A stretch of 64,000 nucleotides of DNA, taken from the NCBI GenBank assembly GCA_050248855.1, contig JBFWRP010000002.1:128001-192000 (forward strand), in the 5' to 3' direction. Both the position numbers and the translations under genes were made by a program. This stretch comes from Planctomycetota bacterium (GTDB taxonomy: Bacteria; Planctomycetota; PLA2; JAEUHO01). Positions within the stretch are counted from its first letter, which is position 1. Every line of letters starts with the position of its first letter. Below the pieces are notes generated by a model. That model did no database searches, was not told the origin of the DNA, and worked only from the letters and a program-made list of their open reading frames with translations. Positions 55,471-64,000 of this stretch are shown piece by piece.

Positions 55471-57246
55471 ATGCGCGCCTCGTGGTTGGTGATCGCACTC
55501 CTGTCCGTGGCGGGCGTCGTCGTCGGCTGGTTCGGGCGTGACGTGTTGGACGGTGGGGGGGCGCGCTCGCCCTCGCCCGACGCCCTGGCCCGCACGCCCG
55601 CACCGGCGGCGGCCACCTCGGGTGGACCCGCCCTGACCGGCCGCGCGGCCCCCCTGGCGGGTGCGCCCTCGCTGGCCGACGTCGAGGTCGAGGCCCTCAA
55701 GCACTTCGAGAGCGCCCGGCCGCAGCCACGCCTGCCGGGCGCGGAAGAGCCCCCGCCCGACGGCAGCCTGCCCTCGCTGCGTGCGCTGGCCGTGCTCTAC
55801 GCGGTGGCGGGCCGCACGCATGACTTCGCGCGGGCCGGCATCGCGTACTTCGACCGCGGGGGCGGGTCCGGCGCGTTCCTCGCGTCGCTGGAGGGTGTCG
55901 AGTCCGCGGTCCTGGCCGATGCGCTCGACGCCCTGATCCTGGCGCGCGGCCTCGAGCCGCTGGAGGCCGTGGCCGTGTCCCATGTCTTCCAGGCGGCCGG
56001 CCGTGTCGATCGTGCGATCGACGTCGTGCTCGGGGCGCTTGGCCGCATGACCGAGCTCGACGTCGCCCTCGTGGCCCGCCTCGTCGTGCTTGCCCCCGAT
56101 CGCGCTGGCCAGGACCTGCGCGCCGTGCCGGGCTCGGTCGCCTGGGACGGGGGCCAGCTGCGGCAGGTCGTGGAGGCGTTGGAGGAAGGCCAGCGCGCCC
56201 CGCTCGCGGGGCTGATCGCGGCTCGCCTCGTGGCCGAGCCCGACGACACGGCGGCGCTGACCACGCTCGCCCTGGTGGACCGGCGGGAGGCCGTGCGCTT
56301 TGCCCAGGAGCGCGTACGGCGTCTGCCCGACGACCCCTGGGGCTGGACGTTCCTCGGGCAGAACCTGAAGGAGCTGGGCGACACGGCCGGCGCCTTCGCC
56401 GCGTACGGCGAGAGCGTCCGCCTGAGCCCCAACCGCGAAGCGCTCACGGCGCTCGTCGAGCTGGACGCCGACCGCGCCTTGGACCTGCTCGATCGCATCG
56501 GCGACCGCATCACCGATGACGAGACGTTGGGCGCTGCCGGCCACGCCTACGCGCGCGCGGGGCGCGCGAAGGAGGCCGCCACGTGGTACATGCTGGCGCA
56601 CGAGCGGGACCCGGCCGACAGCGAGTGGATCAGCGGGCTGACCCAGGTCGACGGCCCGCGGGCGATCGAGCTGCTGCTGCGGCAGATGGGCCCCGACCTG
56701 ATGGCCAACGACGACGAGCGCCTCGGCGACCTGGCCGACGCCTACCGCTCCGCGGGCCAGGCGGAGCGTGCGCTCGAGCTGTACGAGGCCGCGTGGCGCA
56801 AGGACCCCGCCGACCACGAGTGGGTCGGGTCGCTCGTCGCCGTGGACGCCGCGCGCGGCGTCACGCTGTTCGGCGAGCGCGCCACGGCCAATCCGCAGGA
56901 CGCCAACGCCCAGGCCGCCTACGGCAAGGCCCTGGTTGCGGCCGGCCGCCGCGAGGAGGGCGTGCGGGCGCTGACGCGGGCCGTCGGCATCTCGATCGAC
57001 TGGGCCGATGCGCTCGCCGAGCACGCACCCGAAGCCGCCGTCACGGCGGTCCGCACCTACGTGGACGCGCATCCCGGCGACGCCAACGGCTGGAACCGAC
57101 TCGCCAACGCCCTGCGCCGCGCGGGCCGCGAGAGCGAGGCGGCCAGCGCGCAAGAGCGCGCCAGCAGCCTGGGCGGCGAGGTGTGGGAAGAGGAAATCCT
57201 CTGGGAGGGCGACGAGCCCGTGCCCGGGGGCATCATCGTGCGCTAG
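55471..57246 (+). CDS. Membrane-anchored TPR-repeat protein
   Basis: GGAGG RBS, N-terminal TM helix and multiple TPRs. Internal repeat DDETLG...DPADSEW / DDERLG...DPADHEW. Confidence 0.85.
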   Translation: MRASWLVIALLSVAGVVVGWFGRDVLDGGGARSPSPDALARTPAPAAATSGGPALTGRAAPLAGAPSLADVEVEALKHFESARPQPRLPGAEEPPPDGSLPSLRALAVLYAVAGRTHDFARAGIAYFDRGGGSGAFLASLEGVESAVLADALDALILARGLEPLEAVAVSHVFQAAGRVDRAIDVVLGALGRMTELDVALVARLVVLAPDRAGQDLRAVPGSVAWDGGQLRQVVEALEEGQRAPLAGLIAARLVAEPDDTAALTTLALVDRREAVRFAQERVRRLPDDPWGWTFLGQNLKELGDTAGAFAAYGESVRLSPNREALTALVELDADRALDLLDRIGDRITDDETLGAAGHAYARAGRAKEAATWYMLAHERDPADSEWISGLTQVDGPRAIELLLRQMGPDLMANDDERLGDLADAYRSAGQAERALELYEAAWRKDPADHEWVGSLVAVDAARGVTLFGERATANPQDANAQAAYGKALVAAGRREEGVRALTRAVGISIDWADALAEHAPEAAVTAVRTYVDAHPGDANGWNRLANALRRAGRESEAASAQERASSLGGEVWEEEILWEGDEPVPGGIIVR

Positions 57247-57258
57247 AGATCGGCACGT

Positions 57259-58851
<1,593 letters not shown>

Positions 58852-59052
58852 CGGATCGTCTCCAGCACACGACGGAGGGGGGGACCTCCGAAGGCCGCGG
58901 ATCCTACTTGATGCCGGGGCAAGGGGCGTCCGAGGTCACGGTGCCGGGGGGGCGGGCCGGTCCGCTTGTCCCCGGCGCATGCATGTGCGGAGTCAGGGGC
59001 GTGGGTCGGCCCGGCCCGCGCACGTGTGCGGTCGCGGCCCCTTGGAGGCCCC

Positions 59053-59718
59053 ATGTGCCAACCGCTCGTACGTCGTTTGTTCGCCCGCCGCGTCCTGCGG
59101 CTTGCGCTTTGCACCCTCGCCTTCGTGCCCCTGGCCGCCTGCGGCGGCGGCGGCCAAGGGCTCTCCGACGAGCCCGTGCCCACGGGACCGGCGCTTGTCC
59201 AGGTGCACGTGGCGTCGTTCCTCGGCACGGAGGGACTGACGCTCGACAGCGACCTGCAGCCCGCCCTGTTCACGCTCGATCCGCGGATCGACCGCGTGAC
59301 GATCCAAGCCGTCAACCCGGTGGCCCCGAACAAGCACGACACGCAGCCGGGCACGTGGCGACCGGCCCTGACGCCCGTGGACGCCGGCAACCCCGTGGCG
59401 GGCGAGATCCGGATGCTCGTGCAGCTGGCCCCTGCCACGTCCCTCGGCTGGGAAGCCGTGCATGTGCGGACGGGCGCGACGTTCGCGTCCAACCCGAGCT
59501 CGCTGTTGCTCCTGCGCGTGACGGGAGGCGTCGAAGTCCCGCTGCGCACGATCCCCCTGGACGCGCCGCGGAGCACCACGACGGCGCTCGGTGGAAGCGT
59601 CAGCTCCGAGTCCCTCGTGGTCGTCTGGCGAGCCGGCAGCGAGCTTGGCGAGAACGGGGGCGGTTCGGCGGGCTTCGAGGACCTCGACATCCTCATCACG
59701 GAGGCGCCCGTACCCTGA
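59053..59718 (+). CDS. Hypothetical lipoprotein
   Basis: GGAGG RBS and lipobox LAAC followed by GGGG. Confidence 0.75.
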   Translation: MCQPLVRRLFARRVLRLALCTLAFVPLAACGGGGQGLSDEPVPTGPALVQVHVASFLGTEGLTLDSDLQPALFTLDPRIDRVTIQAVNPVAPNKHDTQPGTWRPALTPVDAGNPVAGEIRMLVQLAPATSLGWEAVHVRTGATFASNPSSLLLLRVTGGVEVPLRTIPLDAPRSTTTALGGSVSSESLVVVWRAGSELGENGGGSAGFEDLDILITEAPVP

Positions 59719-59726
59719 TCGGTCGC

Positions 59727-60434
59727 ATGGCGACCTTCGAAGAGCTCGCGTGGACCCGGAGCCCGTTTGGCGAGCTCGTCCTTCGGCGGCGTGAGATCCC
59801 CGGTCTCGATGCGGGGCCCATCCACGAGATCACCGTGGACGGCGAGATGCTGATGTCGAGCTGGCTCGATGCCAGCGAGCGGGCCTTGGCGCAGCACACG
59901 CTGGCCGTCGTGGCGGGCGAGGCGCTGGAGGTGGTCGTGGGCGGCCTGGGGCTCGGGCGTACCGCCCAGGCGGTTCTCGAGGACCCTCGCGTGGCCCACG
60001 TGCACGTGGTGGAGATCGTGCCCGAGGTCGTGGCCTGGCATCGCGATGGCCTGGTGCCGTGGGGGCCTGCCCTGGTGGCCGACCCGCGCGTGCACGTGCA
60101 CGTCGCGGACTTCTTCGCGTGGATCGAGGCGCCGGCAGGCGACGTGGGTGCGCCCGCCCATCCGCACGCGGTGCTCGTGGACATCGACCATCGCCCCGAT
60201 GCACTGCTCGATCCCCGCAACGCGCGCTTCCAGGGTCGCGCATCCCTGGCGCGGCTTGCACGCCGCCTCGCAGCGGGCGGGGCCTTCGGCTTCTGGTCGG
60301 CCGGTCCCCCGCAGGACGCGTTCCTGGAGCGCATCGCGACCGCGTTCGCCCACGTCACGGCGCACGCGATCCGCGTCGACAACCCCATGATCGATGCCGA
60401 GCAGGTCGACACCGTCTACGTCGCCCGCCCGTAG
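59727..60434 (+). CDS. Spermidine-synthase-like SAM-binding protein
   Basis: GELVLRRR, LMSS..SERALA, VVVGGLGLG.TA, VVEI, LVDIDH.P and GAFGFWS. Confidence 0.87.
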   Translation: MATFEELAWTRSPFGELVLRRREIPGLDAGPIHEITVDGEMLMSSWLDASERALAQHTLAVVAGEALEVVVGGLGLGRTAQAVLEDPRVAHVHVVEIVPEVVAWHRDGLVPWGPALVADPRVHVHVADFFAWIEAPAGDVGAPAHPHAVLVDIDHRPDALLDPRNARFQGRASLARLARRLAAGGAFGFWSAGPPQDAFLERIATAFAHVTAHAIRVDNPMIDAEQVDTVYVARP

Positions 60435-60443
60435 GCGCGCGGA

Positions 60444-60851
60444 GGTGTCTGAACCTGTGCCTCGGAGCGATAGCGACGGTGGCACGGTGTCAGACACCGA
60501 AGTGCGACGTCCGCCGGCCGGCGAACCGCGACCCCTGCGTGTCAGGCACCTTGCCCACGTTGCCGCTGCGCGGCGCCGCGGCAAGGGTCCTGACACATCC
60601 GGGTTCGCGACGCGCGACCCCTGCGTGTCAGGCACCTTGCCCACGTTGCTGCCTCGGTCCATGGTGAGTCCCGGATGTGCCTTGCGTTGCCCGTAGAGGG
60701 ACGACGATCTCGCTACGGTTCCGCGCTCCCGCGCGGAGTGTGCGCTCAGGCTCCGCCCTCGCGGCATGGGTGCTAGTCCCTACCACCCCTGCACCCCTCA
60801 CGGTGCGGCGCCGCGGCAAGGGTCCTGACACATCCGGGTTCGCGACGCGCG
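60444..60851. repeat. REP/REPIN-like intergenic cluster of direct and inverted repeats
   Basis: 37-bp unit A at 60527-60563 and 60613-60649 (identical). 47-bp unit B at 60570-60616 and 60805-60851 (identical). The A and B cores are near-inverted, and a related imperfect inverted pair lies at 60444-60461/60481-60498. Confidence 0.85.
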
Positions 60852-61002
60852 CATTACGGGATCCCACTCCGCGCTGGGGCGCCCCCAGCCCGATATCTGG
60901 TCACGGCTGTCGATAGCTGCGCCCACCACACGCTTCGTCGCGGGCCGCTGCGTAGTCTCCGCACGGGGGCGTGCGCGATGGCGCCCGCCACGGAGGGCTC
61001 CC

Positions 61003-61866
61003 ATGACACGCTGCCTTGCGCTCTCGTTGGCCGCGCTCTGCTTGGGCCTGGCGGGCTGCCGCACACCGCTGCGCGTGGGCACACCCGGCCCCCTCGCGCG
61101 CTCCATGACGGGCGCGTCCTCGGGCGCCGCCTGCTCACCGTGCGACGCCGTCTGGTGCTGCGGAGCGGACCGCGGACGTCGCGTCGGCCCGGCCTGGACC
61201 TTGTCGCTCGAAGCCGGCCCCGTCTGGACGACGCGCAACGATGCGGCCATCCCCGGCGACACCGGGACGCGGTTCGCACTCGACGACATCACCGGCGAGG
61301 GCCCCTTCGCCTGGTCGCGGGCCGCGCTGACGGCCCGCTTCGGGACACGCCACGAGCTGCGCTTCCTGTACGCCCCCCTCGACATCGAGGAGTCGGGCCG
61401 CCTCGATCGGGACGTGAGCTTCCGGGGACGGACCTTCGCCGCCGGCACCGACGTGAAGGCGCGCTTTCGCTTCGACTCGTGGCGTGCGACGTACCGTTAC
61501 CTGCTCGCCTGCGGCCGCGACTGGTCGCTCAAGGTGGGCGGCACGCTGAAGGTCCGCGACGCCGAGATCGCCCTGGAGGATGTCGGGGGCCGGGAGCGCA
61601 AGACCGACCTGGGTCTCGTCCCGCTGCTGCACGTCGCCTACGAGCGTCGCCTGGCACCGCGCTGGCGGTTCCTGGCGGACCTGGACGGCCTCGCGGCCCC
61701 CCAGGGGCGCGCCTTCGACCTGTCGGCGCGCCTTCTGTACGACGTGGACCGTCGGTGGTCCCTGGGCCTGGGCTACCGCACGCTGGAAGGCGGCGCCGAC
61801 AACGACGAGGTCTACACGTTCTCGTGGCTTCACCAGGTCTTCGTGGCTCTGGAAGCGCGGTTCTGA
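61003..61866 (+). CDS. Outer-membrane beta-barrel protein with lipoprotein-type signal
   Basis: Lipobox LAGC, alternating amphipathic beta strands, and C-terminal Phe (LEARF). Confidence 0.78.
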   Translation: MTRCLALSLAALCLGLAGCRTPLRVGTPGPLARSMTGASSGAACSPCDAVWCCGADRGRRVGPAWTLSLEAGPVWTTRNDAAIPGDTGTRFALDDITGEGPFAWSRAALTARFGTRHELRFLYAPLDIEESGRLDRDVSFRGRTFAAGTDVKARFRFDSWRATYRYLLACGRDWSLKVGGTLKVRDAEIALEDVGGRERKTDLGLVPLLHVAYERRLAPRWRFLADLDGLAAPQGRAFDLSARLLYDVDRRWSLGLGYRTLEGGADNDEVYTFSWLHQVFVALEARF

Positions 61867-61897
61867 CCCTGCCGAGCGCGGGGGTACGCTCCGCTCC

Positions 61898-63931
61898 ATG
61901 GACGAGGCCGCGCTTGCTTCCACGCTCGAGGGCCTGGCGCTCGCCGACGACGAGCGCGACCGCCTCGCAGCCGGGGCGCGTGGCGTGCTTCCCCCTCCCT
62001 TGCTGGGCGACGCCCGGGGTGCGCGGCTGAGGCTGGCCCTGTCGGCGGCGACCCATCCCACCTGGCTGGGACGCCTGGGGCCGTCGCTGCTCGAGCAGGC
62101 GCAGGCCCTCGGGCCGCTCGGTCCGTTCGAGCGCGGCGTCGAGGCGCACGTCCGCGCGCTCATGGCGTGGCGGCACGAACGCGACCCGCAAGAGGCCCTG
62201 GCCTGGATCGAGGAGGGGCGTGCCGCGCTCGAGGCCGCGGGGACCGACGGCGCGCGCTACATCGGGCGACTGGGGGACACGCTGGGCCAGGTGCTGCTCC
62301 ACCAGGGCCGCTTCCTGCCGGCGCGACGGGCCTTCGAGGAGGCCCTTGCGGCCAAGCGCGCTGCAGGCGATGCCGAAGGCGTCGCGCTCACGCTGGGCAA
62401 TCTCGCGCGCCTGCTGATGGCCGTGGGGGAGTTCCGCCTCGCGCAGGATCTCCTGCGGGAGGACTTGGCGTTCGTGGCGTCGCGTCCCGGCACTCCGGCC
62501 CGCATCGGCTGGCAGCTCGCCACCGAGCTGGCCATGTGCGAGATGGAGACGGGGCAGCTCGAGGCCGCGGCACGGCGCCTGGCCGACGTGCGCGCGGCGG
62601 CGCACGCGGCGGGCGAGCGTGTCGCGGAAGCATTCGCCACGGTCCACGCCGGCCGCCTGGCCTTGCGCCGCGGCACGCCGCTCGTCGCGCGCGAAGCGGC
62701 CACGGCGGTGGCCGACCTCCTGCGCGACGCGCCCGCCGACGCGTGGCCGGAGCTGCGGGGTCTCGCCGCGCATCTGGAGGGACAGGCGCGGGACGCGCTG
62801 GGCGATCGCGAAGGGGCCGGGCGTGCGCTTGCGATCGCGCGGCGCTTCTACGCTGCCGCCTCCCGCGTGACGCCGTTGGAGCAGGCCGAGCTGCTCGAGG
62901 CCATCGCCTGGCATGCGGCCGGCGACGGAGACGCGCGTGCCGCCGGCGAGTGCTTGCGCGAGGCGCTGCATGCGCTGGATGCGACCGGCGCCGAGGCGTT
63001 TCGCACGCGCTTGGACGCACGCCTCAAGGAGACCGACGAAGCCCTCTGGACGTTGCACGCCAGCGGCCGCTTCATGGGCCACGCCGAGCTGGAGCGCTTG
63101 CTCGACGAGGCGGGCCGCGGCGGGTTCCGCGGCCACGAGGCCGAGGTGGCGGTCTTGTTCAGCGACTTGCGCGGCTTCACGGCGCTCACGGAGCGACTCG
63201 ATGCGGAGGCGCTCGTCGCGACCCTCAACGGCTACTTCGAGGACATGACGCGCGCCATCGAGGCCTTCGGGGGGCGCGTGGACAAGTTCATCGGCGATGC
63301 CGTGATGGCGGTGTTTCCCGCCGCTTGCCACCCCGACGGGCACGGCGCCGCCGCGCTGCGCGCCGCGTTGGCCATGCAGGTCGAGCTGGCGCGCATCAAC
63401 CGCCAGCTTCCGCCGGGCGTAGGGCCGCTGCGCGCCCATGCCGGCGTCCACACCGGTCGCGTCGTGGCGGGCTTGGTCGGCTCGCCGCGCAAGCGCTCCT
63501 TCACCGTGCTCGGCGATGTCGTGAACACCGCCTCGCGCCTCGAAGGGATGTGCAAGCAGCTCGAGGCGCCGCTGCTGGCCAGCGGTGCGCTGCTCGCCAC
63601 GTTGCCCGACGCCGAGGCGTGGTCGACGATCCCCCTCGGTCGCTTCCGCCCGAAGGGCCGCGGCGCGTCGGTCGACGTGCATGCCGTGCTCGGTCGTGCC
63701 GTGACGGCCCGCGCGGAGCAGGCGCGGCGCGCGCAGCGGGCCACCGAGGCCTTCGCGCTCCGGGCGGCGGGGAAGGCGGACGCCGCGCGCGCCGCGTTCG
63801 AGGCCCTGGCCGCCGAGCAAGGCGCGGGCCGCGGCGCCTTCGTCCGGTGGGCGGCGGCGCCCGCACTCCGTCCTTCCATGGCTTCGTCGGCCGAAGCCGC
63901 CGTGGACGCCCTGCAGCTCGAGGAGAAATGA
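61898..63931 (+). CDS. Class III adenylate cyclase with N-terminal TPR region
   Basis: FSDLRGFT, DKFIGDAVMA, GVHTG and FTVLGDVVNTASRLEG. The Lys plus Thr specificity residues indicate ATP. Confidence 0.9.
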   Translation: MDEAALASTLEGLALADDERDRLAAGARGVLPPPLLGDARGARLRLALSAATHPTWLGRLGPSLLEQAQALGPLGPFERGVEAHVRALMAWRHERDPQEALAWIEEGRAALEAAGTDGARYIGRLGDTLGQVLLHQGRFLPARRAFEEALAAKRAAGDAEGVALTLGNLARLLMAVGEFRLAQDLLREDLAFVASRPGTPARIGWQLATELAMCEMETGQLEAAARRLADVRAAAHAAGERVAEAFATVHAGRLALRRGTPLVAREAATAVADLLRDAPADAWPELRGLAAHLEGQARDALGDREGAGRALAIARRFYAAASRVTPLEQAELLEAIAWHAAGDGDARAAGECLREALHALDATGAEAFRTRLDARLKETDEALWTLHASGRFMGHAELERLLDEAGRGGFRGHEAEVAVLFSDLRGFTALTERLDAEALVATLNGYFEDMTRAIEAFGGRVDKFIGDAVMAVFPAACHPDGHGAAALRAALAMQVELARINRQLPPGVGPLRAHAGVHTGRVVAGLVGSPRKRSFTVLGDVVNTASRLEGMCKQLEAPLLASGALLATLPDAEAWSTIPLGRFRPKGRGASVDVHAVLGRAVTARAEQARRAQRATEAFALRAAGKADAARAAFEALAAEQGAGRGAFVRWAAAPALRPSMASSAEAAVDALQLEEK

Positions 63932-64000
63932 CCGTGCTGGCAACCGATACCCTGGCTCCGCTCGTCGCCCGTGCCTACCGCAAGCTGCTGGAGCATCTGG
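63928..64000 (+). CDS. Start of a CDS truncated by the window end (MTVLATDTLAPLVARAYRKLLEHL...)
   Basis: AGGAG RBS, ATGA overlap with the cyclase stop, and frame open to the end of the window. Confidence 0.6.
   Translation, partial: MTVLATDTLAPLVARAYRKLLEHL

Noticed and set aside
60444..60851. Possible CRISPR array
   Set aside because: Only two copies of each unit, with alternating inverted cores and irregular spacing. There is no repeat-spacer periodicity and no cas gene.

Overview
This is a very GC-rich (roughly 70% or more, judged by eye), densely coded bacterial window. Its gene families (planctomycete-style ECF sigma/Ser-Thr kinase pair, HzsA-like heme lipoprotein, GYF_2-trypsin proteins, long Flp pilin) suggest Planctomycetota; that is an inference. 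From left to right it contains: an accessory islet (two paralogous TPR/HEAT proteins, one with SEC-C, bracketed by a repeated 43-bp bipartite palindrome, then hipBA with three operator-like palindromes); an esterase; an ArsM-like methyltransferase that appears to be a selenoprotein (in-frame UGA at a conserved Cys position, followed by a SECIS-like hairpin); a divergent kinase/ECF pair; several lipoproteins; an active plus an apparently inactive trypsin-like protease; two WD40-caspase paralogs; a complete-looking Tad/Flp pilus cluster; an ECF sigma with a long C-terminal extension; a small sigma54-type transcription unit divergent from an NtrC-family activator; a NERD-helicase; a MazG-like gene; pckA; a REP/REPIN-like repeat cluster; and a TPR-adenylate cyclase. 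No rRNA, tRNA, CRISPR array or transposase was recognised. Product calls come from motif recognition only, and start codons are best guesses from RBS-like sequences.
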